Shown here: positions 30,001 to 43,496 of the stretch, piece after piece | Layout of the letters: each line of letters starts with the position of its first letter | How positions within the stretch are numbered: the first letter of the stretch is position 1 | Assembly: GCF_009914755.1 (NCBI RefSeq) | Contig: NC_060925.1 | Origin: the human T2T-CHM13v2.0 reference genome, Homo sapiens | Reading direction: 5' to 3' (one strand) | DNA length: 64,000 nucleotides | Notes under the pieces: generated by a model | Told to the model about the DNA's origin: nothing | The model's input: only the letters and a program-made list of their open reading frames with translations | Databases searched by the model: none | Made by a program: the position numbers and the translations under genes

Positions 30001-30764
30001 CAGTATTACCAATTGTCTATTAAAAAAGTAACATCTAAGAACTTTATATCTAAATTGTGTTAACTCTACTGACTGCTAAGGGACCACTGATCAATGTTTT
30101 CACTGCCTGTAACTTATCATGTTTTACTTTAAAATAGGGTGGGTGAGATCATCAAAATACATGCATTCTAAATATCAAGTCAATCATTAGCTTAGCTCAG
30201 CCAAAGTACTCAAATACAAACTGGATACAGCATGTCTTAAATTATTCCTCCAAGAATATGCTTTATTTCTAGCAACTAAGGCATTCTTAACTTATGGAAA
30301 ACAAGCACCATTAAATTCTTCAAATAACATAAATTAAGGTTAAGATCATCAAAAGGTATGATTCACTATGTGAATATTGTTAGAGCTCCAACCTAGTAAT
30401 GCATTCACATTAAATTTTCAGGGAAGCTCACGGGTTTAAAAATAACATGTTTGCTTTCTACATACTTCCTCACTCTTATGTTGGTTGTTCAATATGAGTT
30501 AATGACATTACTTATTTAAAATGTTTCTGGCATTCTTACGGAGTTTTGTTTTTTCTATAGACAAAAGGAAGAAATATCTGGCGTGTTACTTATTTAAAGA
30601 CTGAGGATTTAAAAGTGGGTACAGATACATGAATTATACATTTTAAACATAAGATTCTTATGATAAACATGCTTATGATTTCTAAACTTTATTTGTAAGC
30701 AGTGTAAATTAATAGAAAATTTACTGCATTATTTAAATTATGACCTTGAATCTTAGAGCAAGTT

Positions 30765-30855
30765 CACTAAAATAATGATTCAAACTACTTAAGATAATGT
30801 ATGCGAAAGAACTTAACACAGTATCTGACACATAAAAGTACTCAGAAATTTTCTG
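30765..30855 (+). mobile_element. MIR 3' fragment
   Basis: agataatgtatgcgaaagaacttaacacagtatctgacacataaaagtactca. Confidence 0.6.
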
Positions 30856-30929
30856 TAAAAATTGAATGTTAAATTTATTATTTTAAGCAAAGATAGACAC
30901 CAAAGGAATTATTAAGTAATTGTTATTCC

Positions 30930-31370
30930 GTATTAGGCTTTTATATCTATATTTACTTACTTATCTTGAAAGGGTACACAAGGTCTCTGGATCAGGGAAA
31001 ACATTATTACTTACAGAGCAATGTAGTGCCAGTTCTCTGAGCAGTGTGATGTGATAAAAGCTTGATATTACCCTGCATGAGCATTGAAGTCGATCCACAG
31101 AACAGGAACCGCAGATTATGAGATCCAAAGCTTATTTGGAGAAACTGTCACATCTGCTCCTTCTTCCTTCTAGAGAGAAAGAGACCTTAGCCATGAAATA
31201 TACACAAATCATCTGGAGAAAAGATGGGAAGGTCTCCAGGTTCTTATTACCCTTTTGGTAAATAAGGATAGGAGAGATAATGCTTTATATTCTAGAGGAA
31301 TTTACTATCTATTTCTTCCAAAATGTTTCCTCTTTAAATATCTGACCATTTATTTTGCTAAATAAGCTCT
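30930..31370. mobile_element. Old LTR-like fragment, family not resolved
   Basis: Composition shift and motifs reminiscent of MER89/MER90/MER110 LTRs. Confidence 0.3.
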
Positions 31371-33299
31371 AACTATGCAGAAATATGAAAATACTAGGAA
31401 TAATTGTCTCTTAAAAATTATTTTATAAAACATTAAAAATGCTTAATTATATTTACAAAAGCTGGATATTTTGATCATTGTTAATTAATTCTTAATAAGT
31501 TCAAGCATTTTATGATGTAGAAAAAAACAGTTAAACCACTCAACTTAGACCCATTGTTCATAAAAGAAACTGATATCCAGAGATGTATAAGAACAAAAAG
31601 TTAGAATAGCCCAAGTTAAATATTTACAAGGCAGATCCACATAGGTAAAATAAACATAAAATTCCGCATGCTTATTATTATCAGCACCAAAACTATGCAT
31701 TGTATGGACACTTAAAATTATGTTAATTCAGATTATTTTATTCCAGAAAGCTCTTCTACTCTGCCAGAGAGTTTAGCAGATAACATGAATGCAGCAAAAT
31801 TCATTGTAATTTTTGCTTAAATGTGCTAGTACATGCAGTAAGTATATGAACATTTTTCATATTTAAAAATAAACACTACTCTAAAGAGAATTTTCATGTA
31901 CTGGATGATACTTTTGATTGATTACCTAAATTAGCATTTACACCAACGTAAATTAATTGAAGCACAAATGTAATATAGGCTTCTTTGTTTTTAAGACTAG
32001 AGAAGGTTTCAACCAAATGCATCTTATTAAGCTTAAGAATTTGTTAAAATTTTTTCTATTTAATAGAAGAACATTAGAACTTTGAGTCTTTTCATTTAGT
32101 ATTTTTTGAATATTATTTTCCCATTGTTTTAAACCCTCTAAGAAATGTAGGTTTTTAACTATAGTAAAATAATATTCAATGTTTAATAACCTTAAAAATT
32201 CAAAAATTTCTTCTGAATCATCATAAATGGTCAATCAATATACCATATAATGTTAGTGTTAAAGGAGCATTCTCTTCGAGTATTTATATTTAATATATGA
32301 CATAAACAAATATTTAATTAATCAGAATATCTTAATACCTGATTTAAAAAATGAAAATAAAAGAGAAATTTTGAAAAACATTTTAGTGTTTAAGCTTATC
32401 AGAGGTTTAAAATTTTAATTACAGAGAGAAGCTCATGATAAAAATGTGATACTATATTTAATGTGCCCAGGTGCTTAGGATTTCATCAACTTTCTTTTTA
32501 TTATGTGAACATTCTTCTATCATTCTCTCCATAGTTTATTCTGGGAATGTGTTTTGATACTTATCTATCACAATGACAGCGGGCATTTTAATTTCAATTA
32601 GTCTGGTTCTCTGTTATTTTCCACAGGATGTAACAATGGATCCTCCTGAGATATATTCTCCAAGTGCATCCTTTTTTGTCTTATACCTGTAGGGACTTTG
32701 TGGGAAGCAGTTTAATTCTATCATTCCCATAAAATCACAGAACTTCTCCCTTAGGTTAAATATCAACTAAATCTTTAAAAGGATAAAGACAAAGAGCTTA
32801 TGCATACTAGAGTCAGTGCGTAAATAGACATGAAGAACTTAAATTGAAAACCCTCGGGTACTCAGGATGTTAGGAAGTATTTAACAATAAAAACCTGTTA
32901 ATAACATAGAAAACTCCCTTAGAACAGCAGGGTAGCCTATTTTAGTTACCCAATTGAAAATTGTTCCCTATCAGCCAAGATTAAAGCGGTCTATAAAAAC
33001 TGTTTCTACAACCAGCATAGTACTTTAAAGAGTAGGAGAGAAGATAGAGGAAAGCGATGGAGATTCTCAAATATGTGAAGCAGATATTTTATAGGTCATG
33101 GCTTGAAGAAGAGCTATACCTTTCTAAATTTCAACATTTATGCAAATTTGTGCAGTGGTAGTTGGCGCAGAAACAACCATAGCAATAGAAAGCTTTTTGA
33201 AATTCCACAAATCCGACCACATTCTCCTTTTCTTAGAGTTCCGATTCGGTGAGAATGCACGCATAGTTATTGCTCTTAAGCAAGCTATTTGCATGTGGC

Positions 33300-33420
33300 A
33301 ATTTGTTTAATAGTTACAACACCTTATAAGGTAGGTATTACTTTAATCATTTTGTTCATTTTAGAGATGAAAAGCTAAGATATAGTACACTTTCCTGGGT
33401 CACACAATAAAAAGGGGAAT
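33300..33420 (-). mobile_element. MIR fragment
   Basis: acaacacctta.aaggtaggtattact...cattttagagatgaaaagctaag...ctttcctgggtcacaca. Confidence 0.6.
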
Positions 33421-33929
33421 AGACGATGTCTGCATTTCACAGTACAATGTAAATACTCAGAGTGCCTTCACATCGAAAAACATGTAGATTCTACATAAAG
33501 TATATAGTAAAGCATTGATGCACTTGTATTGAAATCATAGTAAAACCTTAGATCACAATGCAATAACATAGAATTAAGTAAAAATAATTACAAGTCTCCC
33601 TTTGAAAACCCAGTAAGAATCACCTCCACCCCCAGCAATCTAACAAACAGCAAAAAACAAATTGAGGAGAAACTTGAGTCAGAAGCAATGTGAAATAAGG
33701 AAACGCTAAAAGTGAGGTTTCCGAGAAGACAAAGGCCAATATCAAAGATGTTCAGAATTTTTTTAAAGAAATTATACTTTCAATAATATAATACTTAGAG
33801 CACACAAATCATTGGAACAAAGAGAATTTCTAAAGTGTAAGATGATGCATTAAGCAAATGCAATCCAAATTGTATAGCTCACGAGGTAAACTACATTAAT
33901 TAAATGTATAAACTATAAAATAGAAAAAT

Positions 33930-34420
33930 AGTGTTATAAAGAGGATTACTAAATTATGATAATATTTGTCAGGAAAAATGTATAATTCTTAACTGGTATG
34001 CATCTAATAAAGTAGTTTCATGGATCTAATAGAGTAGTTTCAAAATACATAAAGCAAAAATTGATAGAACTCAAGAGAAAATGTGTAACCTATCAGGATA
34101 GCAAGAAATTTCAACATAATTTATCAATCATTCATGAGTTATTTGGAAAAAATACTGAAAGATACCCATAGAATTCTGAAATCAAAAATTAGATAATCTA
34201 TATATTTATCTGTGTAAGAGTATACAATGCAAAAATCTTCTTTACAAATATCAGATTTTTATGCCAAATAATATATTCTTAGACCACTATGCAATGACAA
34301 ATAATACAAATAAATTAATTAAATGTACCGTAGAGTTCTAAATAAGTCATGTATCAAAGAAGGAATTATCGTGGATATTAAAAAATAATTTGCTTAGTCT
34401 TACTGACCATAAATAAAAGA
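33930..34420 (+). mobile_element. Old L1M ORF2 endonuclease-region fragment
   Basis: tatgcatctaataa...tttcaaaatacataaagcaaaaattgatagaact.aagaga. Confidence 0.6.
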
Positions 34421-34919
34421 GAGAAGACTTAAAATAATAGGTTGAACATTTTTCTAGTTCTCTAGTTTTCCTTAGTTCCCTCCAACCTGCCTTATCCACT
34501 TCATTGTTATACCGAGAAATGGGTTTCAATTTTGTTACTAGATTTCTTGCTAAGACAACATCATGATCAGGTTATACATGCATACGCAATTACATAGGCA
34601 CATATATATGAAAGAAGGTTCATCGAAAACACTCCCAACAGTAAGAAAACAAACAATTAAAAAACGGGTCAAAGATTTTAGCAAACAACTCAGCAAAAAG
34701 ATACAAAGATGCCTCATTAACATATAAAAAGACGTTCTATATCATATGTCTTCAGGGAAATGCAAATTAAAACAACAATGTGATACCACTATACACCTAT
34801 TAGAATGGTCAAAATGTGGAAGACTGAGAACACCAAATGCTGACAAGGATATGAAGCAACAGAAGCTCTCATTCACTACTGATAGGAATACAAAATAGTA
34901 TAGCTACTTTGGCAGTTTC

Positions 34920-35227
34920 TTTTCTGTTTATTTGTTTTTTGAATAAGGATTTCACTCTATAACCTTTGCTGAAGTGCACTAGCATGATCACGGTTCATGG
35001 AAGCTTTGGCCTCCCAGGCTCAAGAGATCCTCCCACCTCAGCCTCCCGGGTAGCTGGGACTACAAGCATGGACCATCACACCTCGCTAATTTTTTTTGGT
35101 ATCTTTTGTAGAGATGGGTTTTCACCATGTTGCCCAAGATGGTCTTGAACTCCCTGGCTCAGGCAATCTGCCCACCTCAGCATCCCAAAGTAATGGAATT
35201 ACAGGCGTGACCCATAGCACTCAGCTT
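34920..35227 (-). mobile_element. AluJ
   Basis: ctcccaggctcaagagatcctcccacctcagcc, ccatgttgcccaag, aactccctggctcaggcaatc. Confidence 0.88.
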
Positions 35228-35313
35228 TCGCAGTTTTGTACAAAACTAAATTTGTCTTACCATATAAACCACAATTGTTCTTGTTATTTATTCAAAGAAG
35301 TTAAAAACTTGTA

Positions 35314-35636
35314 GGCCAGGCATGGTGGCTCACACCTATAATCCCAACATTTCAGGTGGCCAAGTTGGGAGGATCATTTGAGCCCAGTAGTTCAAGACCA
35401 TTTGGGCACCATAGTGAAACCTCCTCTCTACAAAAATGAAACAAAATTAGCTAGGCATGATGGCATGCAACTGTGGTCCTAGCTAATTGGGAGGCTGAGG
35501 TAGGAAGGATCTCTTGAGACCAGGTGGTGGAGGTTACAGTGAGCCTAGATCATGCCCTCCAGGCTGGACAACAGAGTGAAACTGTCTGAAAGAAAAGAGA
35601 AGAGAAGAGAAGAGGAGAAAAGAAAAGAAAGAAAAA
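35314..35636 (+). mobile_element. AluJ with (GAGAA)n/(GAAAA)n tail
   Basis: gggaggatcatttgagcccag, ggtaggaaggatctcttgag. Confidence 0.88.
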
Positions 35637-36201
35637 ATTTAGGTATACACAAAAGCCTGCAGAAGGATGTTTGAGGCAGCTTTATTCATAATTAACACAA
35701 CTTGGAAGCAACCAAGATTTCCTTAATAGGTGAATGGATAAATAAACTGGTATATCCAGATAATAAAATATTATTCAGTACTAAAAGAAATGAGCCTATC
35801 AAGACATGTAAAAAATGGAGAAATAATAAATTCATATTACTAAGGGAAAGAAGGCAATCTGAAAAGGCTATGTGCTTTATGACTTCAACTATGTCCCATA
35901 CTGAAAAATACAAAGTTATAAAGACAGTAAAAAGATCAGTGGTTGCTAGGGGTTGGGAGAAGGGAGGAATAAATAGGCAGAACACGGAGGACTGGTAAGG
36001 CTGTGATGGTATTCTCTATGGTGCTTTAATGTAGGATACATTTTGTTACACATTTTCCCGAAACTATAGAATGCACAACACGAAGAGTGAACCCTAATGT
36101 AAACTATTGGCTTGGAGTGATTATGATGCATCAGTGTAGGTTCATCAATTGTCACAAATATAGTATTCTGGTAGGAATTGTTGGTAATGGGGGAAGCTTT
36201 A

Positions 36202-36692
<491 letters not shown>

Positions 36693-36799
36693 CTAAATAT
36701 TCTATTCTATTCAACAATATTCTGTTCCATTATATTTTAAAATGCTAGCCATGACCCACTGAATTGATCTTAAAACATACTAAATAATATATTTATAGC

Positions 36800-37520
36800 T
36801 CTTATTTGCATCTCTTCTACAATCTCAGTGGGAAGTGTTCCACTCTTGCTTCTCCAGCCCACTCCCCCATTATAGCTACCACTTCAGCAATCATTTGTGC
36901 AATCCTCCAAAAATATCTCATGCATTTTACCACCCATCCATCATTACCCACCACCCTCATATCTTCATATCTCACCACACTCAAATTTGATCCCAGGGTT
37001 TATCTTTCTAATCATACTCTTGCTGGTACAATGAACCCTCTTGCTATTCTCTCTTCTTGATATCTGTCTGGAAAGATCCCAAATCTTACCAAAAAAAAAC
37101 TTTCCACCTATTGTATTCCTGCATCAATGCAGATGTATTTGCTGGGCAAAAACACATAACTTTTGATGGGTGTTAAATTTAAAACCACTAACTTCATGCC
37201 TGACTTGATTAGTATACTATCAAATGATAACATTTTTCTCAATTTATAAGGAAAGTAGAAACCCTCATATAAGAGCACTCCAAAGCTAGCACGAGCAAAT
37301 CTGTGTGCTTACTTTCATACACACCTATGGACTCTGCCTTCTCTCCAAATATTACATATAACTAGCACATTTTTTTAATCTCATAAGCAAAACCTGACAC
37401 TGGTGATCTAGATTCTTTCTCTCACTTAATCAATAATAGGCTTTTAGCAGATTTCCCCTTCCTCAATCAAAGAAGAGTGGCACTTAGTCTCATAATGAAT
37501 ATTTTTGAACAAATGAATGT
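36800..37520 (+). mobile_element. L2 fragments
   Basis: C/T-rich L2 sense motifs (ctaatcatactcttgctg..acaatgaaccctcttgct) and tail aatatttttgaacaaatgaatg. Confidence 0.55.
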
Positions 37521-38749
37521 AATTCTTACTGGCTATAATCTACAGTTAATAAAATGGATAGAGGAGTGTTAACATTTATTGCTGAATTTTCAATATTTGT
37601 GTATATTGGGGTTTTCAAATCAAAATAAATATATTATTTAAATATGTATAATTTGGCTCAACATTATATATCCTAATTTTGGAAAGGATGAATTAATGCA
37701 GTGGAATGCCCCCTTTAGTTGAATATTTTTCCCCTGGAGCTATCTCATCAGTTCATTTTCATAATGTCACAGCAAGCAATCAATGTATTGTCTCCATGTT
37801 AATGGACATAAAACTTGTTCCACATCCATAATGCATGCATAAGGTTTTATTATTTGAAATTTACTGAGAAAATTGCAGTAAAATTATTGATGTTCCTATC
37901 AGTTTGGGTCTAAGCCCATAATTAATAGTTTGGTTCCTGTCATTTCAGTGGAGAAAATCAAATTCTAAGCTAATTAGGTAGGAGTATGCCATAAATTATT
38001 GTTAAACTTAATAGAAAATCCGGTTTTAAGACAAAGACATTCAGAAGTTTAGAAAAGAAAATGCATTCACAGTACTTTAGCTGACATTTAGAAATGTTTC
38101 CCTTAAAAGTATGAAATACATTGCTTATTTTATCATACAAATATGATGCACTAGCAACCATAATTTATCTTCAGTCAAAATAGTAGCTAGCTGATGCATT
38201 CTCCTGATAACACAACTAAAGGTTTTGGTGTGTTTTATTTTTCATTACAGAAAAGTGTGTGGTTTCACTGGGCAATGTGTTAGGAAAACCTAGTGTTTTG
38301 TCATAGTTGGAAAAACCTAAGGTTTTGTCATAAAGCCATGTTTGTTTTGCATATTATGATCACAAATAATTAGATTCTTAAAAATGATATCAATTTTCAC
38401 TTATTTAATCTGTTGTTTTGTATGAAAATAAACAGCATCTTAATAGTGAAAATTGATATTTTAATAAAAGATCATTAATAAAAGATTAATGCTTGATTCT
38501 CTTGTTTCTGAGTCTCCGGAATTATAGATTTCTTTGAAATCATTTTATATTAGCCAGAAAAAAAAGATGTGTGCAAGGTTTGTATTTCTTTCCTTCTTTC
38601 TCTCTCACTCTCTGTCTCTCAGGAGTTTATTGGCCTCAATTATATTTAAGGGATTAGATGTGCATATGTTTTAAATAACCTTGAAACATTACTTTGCATT
38701 TTTATTAGTCTTTGCTTTACAATGATATTCAGTTTTACTAAATTAGTCA

Positions 38750-39188
38750 TGAGGTGGCGGGAGAAACAATGTTCAGGGAGGGAAGTACCTGCCTTGGATC
38801 TACTGAATGACTTATGATTGAAGAAACACACAAACATCTAGACACATGTGCAGACACCCATACCGTGTGGTCCACCAGTTTCCCCTGCTTTCTTTCTACG
38901 CCCTGAAGATGAAACAAGGAGTGTCCTAACGGCCTTGTAAACCGGCTCAGCTGCATTTTTCTCATGGGATTGAACCCAAGCCAAAGCCTTAAACATACCC
39001 AGGCACTGAGAAAGGTATCCAGGTTACTGCCCAAAACACCAAAAGAAACTGACCTTGAGCCAAATTATTTAAACTCTCATATAAACTCCATACTATGACC
39101 CCCTTTTGGGAACATATGTAGGTAGAACGTCCCTTTGTCTGCAGCCCACTGTGAGGATATCTGCAACACTCTCTAAGTTACCCTAAAA
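38750..39188 (+). mobile_element. ERVL-class LTR (MER54/MER73/MER74-like), 3'-truncated at Tigger1
   Basis: ttgaacccaagcc, cccaggcactgagaaagg, gcccaaaacac.aaaagaaact, gagccaaatt..ttaaac.ctcatataaactccatac. Confidence 0.6.
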
Positions 39189-39514
39189 CAGACATATCTT
39201 GCTTTATTGTGCTTTGAAGATTTGTATTTTTCACAAATTGAAGGTTTGTGGCAGCCCTGTGCCAAGTAAGTGTATTGGTGCCATTTCTCCAACAGCATGT
39301 ATTCACTCCGTGTCTCTGTATCACATTTTGGTAATTATTGTAATATTTCAGATATTTTTCTTATTATATTTGTTATAGTGATGTGTGATCAGTAATCTTT
39401 GATATTACTAATGTAATTGTTTTTGGGTACCAAAAGCCACACTCATGTAGGACAGCAAATTTAATAAATATATGTGTTCTGACTGCTCCATCAACCAACC
39501 ATTCCCCCATCTCT
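39189..39514 (+). mobile_element. Tigger1 5' end (TcMar)
   Basis: cagacatatcttgctttattg...acaaattgaaggtttgtggca.ccctg...tcacattttggtaatt...tgtgttctgactgctcca. Confidence 0.9.
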
Positions 39515-39649
39515 TGTACTCAGTGGAACCTATTCATGGGCACCTACTTATTAGATCTAGAGTTATAATTTTAAATGCCCAGATAATCACTATTTACATT
39601 CCCAATATTCATATAAATATTTTTATTTAACAAATCTACTCTGTAAATT

Positions 39650-42200
39650 ATTTTATTTTATTCAATAAATGAGTATCAAGTTTATATTATAATCTAGTCA
39701 TTGTTGTTATTTTTTATTAAAAATGATTTAAAAATGCAAATTTGTTTATATCATGCAGTTTCCATCCTAATGGGAAAGTCAGGCAACAAATAAATTTAAA
39801 AGCAAATATATAAAATGTTACATGGGAATAATTGTATGATGAAAAATAAAGTAAGGTAAGGGAATTGAGAGTAATGCTAATGACTATTTTAAACATGTGT
39901 GGCAAAGCAATTCCTATCTAAGGAGATGTAATTTGAGCAGAATATGAGAAAATAAAAAGTGCAAACTGGGTACATTTGTAATGTTGTACCAGATCAAGTG
40001 AGTAACAAGTATAAATGATCTTCAGTAGAAATTAGTTTGTCATGCTAGATGAATACCAATGTCACTATAATTAGAGTACAGTAAGTCAGGAGAATCAAGG
40101 ATGATTAGGAAGCCAAGGCCACATTTTGGGGATGCAGTTAGCATTGGAGATAGGATGTTTCCATTTTGGGACACCTCATCCTATACATTATGGTATACTC
40201 ATTATCTCAAATTCTGCTCACTAAATGATAGCAGAGGACCTCACACTGCAAACGAATGCCCCTACATGTCTCCAAATACATTATGAAATGTTAGGATTGC
40301 TCCTTCTTGATAGCCACCAAATCATCTTTAAGTCACCATAATGGCATTGGATTTGGAGCTATATAATATAGAAAGTCATTAGTGGGTTCTGCAGCACTAA
40401 TGTAACCATTTGTGTTTATATTTATATTTTGTTCTTTATACTTTATTTTCTAAGTTTAAGAAAAATTGTATTTTTATATTTAAAAAATTGAGCCAGGCTT
40501 TTTGTAGGGATAGGCTCTAAACAAAAAACACTGAAAAGACAAGTTAAGAAGTCACTATCATGGTACAGGGAAGAGACAAGTAAACTTAGATGGTAGCACT
40601 GGTGGTGGCAAGAAGAAAATGCACTGAAGGAAAAGCAAATAGATTTACTAAGTATCAGGATACATAATGTGAAATGCAGATTTAACTCGTATATAACTCC
40701 TCAGTGTTTTATCTGAGCAATCAAGTGAGTAGTAATGTCACTTACTGATACTGGCATAATGAGAAACAAGTGGTTTGGCGGAGAAAAATCAAGAATTAGT
40801 GTCATGTTGTGATGTCTATTAAGCATCTACTACTAATATCAATTTGTTTTGAATATAAGAACCTGGAGTTCCAAGGAGAGGTCAAGAAGGTAGAAATTAT
40901 CCTGGACATTTCAAACGGCACAATACTATTTTTCACATGGCACATTTGAATCCAGGCAAGTGTAGTGGCAAACTTAGAGATGCATGAGGTAATGCAAGGA
41001 AGTGCACAAAGGCAAAAGGGGTCTTTAGTTAAGAGCCAGTACAAATTCCTGATTGTAGTAGAAGTGAAGACAGAATGTATGGCTACAGTTGTAGAGGGTT
41101 GTTATTATCTATCAGTAAAAGAAAATAATTTTATTTGAGATTTCTTTAAATATCTCATCAAATGAGTAGCCAAACAATTCAGCCTTAAAAAAGAAAAGGA
41201 GAAGCACTTCAGAGATTTGAGAAGTGAGAAGTTTTGAAATAGTCATCAAGGAGAGTGAGAAAGTTACTCAACTATAAAAACACAGATACCAGGGAGTTCT
41301 GGACAATTATTTGAGTTTGGAGTCATATATTTCAAGAGAGTTTCCTTCAGCCATGTTTACAGGTACATAGCTGATGGACAGTTGGAATTAAACTAGAGAT
41401 AAGAGTTTTTCCAGCCAAGTGTGATATAAAAAAAGGGAGGGTGGCAATAGAGCTGAGGATTTAATGCAGGGTACTGATTAAGGGTTAATCAGAAAACCTA
41501 AGCTGTATAATAAAGAAATGAGAACTTGATTTCATAATGGATAATGGACAGTGACAAAATTATAAGATCAAGTGTCTGGATATCCTGATGGGGAAAATTT
41601 GCTGAGGTGACAGTATTAAAAGAAGTGGGCTGGGAACATGGAAGATAGTAGTCAGAGAGAGCAAGAATTGAAAATAAGATCTGGGATAAAGTATAGTTAT
41701 CAGCAGTCATAAGGCTTAGAGTATGACACTAAAGTAGGTTGCTGGGATGAGTAAATGAATCATTAGGGAAGAGGAGTTCAAGAAACTGGAAGTCTGAGCA
41801 GTTCAATGCAGATGAGGAAGGAAACATGCCACATGTATACACACATTCATGCACATGCACACACACTCACACACACATATACTTTGAGCCAAATCATAAG
41901 ATCTAATAATAAGAAATAGAAACTGACTATAGACAACTGTGGTTAGTAAAAGTAGCCAAGGTACTATGAGATCGTCTTCTTTTTAAAGAGTTATTTTTAC
42001 AAGGCAAAGGGAATAACAATATTGTTGAGCAACTAGTGATTATCAAAGAGAACATCAGCTTCACCTCCAACTCTTGTAGAAAATTTGGTGTGGGAGAAAA
42101 TAATATAACTCCGACTTAATAGAACTTTAGAGCAAACAGTATCCTTTAGGAAATAGGATATCACTTAGAAAATTAACTTAGAAATTATTCTACAGGACTT
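39650..42200 (-). mobile_element. Long fragmented L2
   Basis: tttattcaataaat tail, ttttatctgagcaatcaagtgagtagtaatgtcacttactga, tgatgtctattaagcatct, ctggagttccaaggagaggtcaag. Confidence 0.7.
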
Positions 42201-42479
42201 ATGAGAGATTATTATTTGGATATAATATTTTGCACTTATCTAGAAATGACAGAACACATCATCAGACATTGCAAAACATGTTAAAATATGCTGCATATCT
42301 TCTATCATGGTCTCTGGAAGCTCAGGTTACTCAGACACCAGAAATTCTGGTATTTATATTTTTTGGTTTGCAAGTACGTTTTTAAATATAGTCACTAACT
42401 ACTAAAGCATCTTTTGGAGAATTATATAACTCTTAACCTTGTAAGAGTTATTATGCTTAGAATGACACCTAAGCCCTTG

Positions 42480-42605
42480 CCTTTCAAAGCTGGATTTATA
42501 GACCAGAACCATCATAATCAAGTAGAATCTTACTTAATTGGAATCTGAATTTTAACAAGATTTTCAGGTGATTTCTTTGCATTTTAAGAATTAAAAAGCA
42601 CTGTT
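42480..42605. mobile_element. MER5A/B-like fragment
   Basis: ggaatctgaattttaacaagattttcaggtgatttc...aaaagcactg. Confidence 0.55.
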
Positions 42606-42921
42606 TTTAATATGCTCTCTTAATGTAACATCGTGAATATTGTTAAGACTCTTGGTTACCAGTTAATGCATTCTCCTCTGCCTGTTGTTGATAGCTAATA
42701 ACACTTCACGAGAAGTAATCCAGATATGAGATATGAAATATTAAAGTAGCTTTCACCTAACATATTATGATTCAACATCCAGACATACGTAATCTTAAAT
42801 TAGCTTTGATATTTTACACTCTTTAAATGCAGTGACAACTGAACAGTTGCATTCTTTCCGTGATACAATCCAGTAATATATAGACGTAATTCATCAGCTG
42901 TCATTGAGGAATCAACTATAG

Positions 42922-43040
42922 CAGTGGTCCCCAACCTTTCTGGCACAAGGGACTTTTTTCAGAGGGAGTGGGGGCATGCTTTTAGGATGAAACTGTTCCA
43001 CCTCAGATTTTCTGGCATTAGTTACATTCTTATGAAAAGA
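42922..43040 (-). mobile_element. MER1B fragment (hAT-Charlie)
   Basis: cagtggtccccaacctttctggcac, ggatgaaactgttccacctcagat..tc.ggcattagtta.attct. Confidence 0.85.
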
Positions 43041-43079
43041 ATTTGTGGCTAGTTTTAAAATACTGTTTTTCACTATACT

Positions 43080-43495
43080 GAAAGTATGAAATACTTAGGG
43101 AAAAATATGAAAAAAGATGTACAAGATTTGCATAAACTGTAAAACATGGCTGATACAAGTTTGAAAGTACCTAAATAAATAGGGAGGTATAGATTAGGTG
43201 ACTAAATATTTCTGTCAGTTTTTCAAAAATCATTCTATAAACTTATCATGATTCCAATCAACATATAAGCATGCTTCTTTATAGAAGTTGACAAGCTTAT
43301 TTTAAAATGTATATGAAAATTGAAAGAACCTAGAAAAAAAAATCTTTGAAAAGAAGAATTACGTTGGAGGACTTATAGTACATGGTAACCAAGACAGTTT
43401 GGTATTGGTGTCAAAGTATATAAAGAAATCAACAGAAGAGAATAGAGATGGTCTAAGTTGATCTCCACATGTATGATCAATGGATTCTTATCAAT
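43080..43495 (+). mobile_element. L1ME-type ORF2 fragment (host)
   Basis: gaaatacttaggga, tatagaagttgacaagct.attttaaaatg, aagacagtttggtattgg. Confidence 0.7.
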
Positions 43496-43496
43496 A

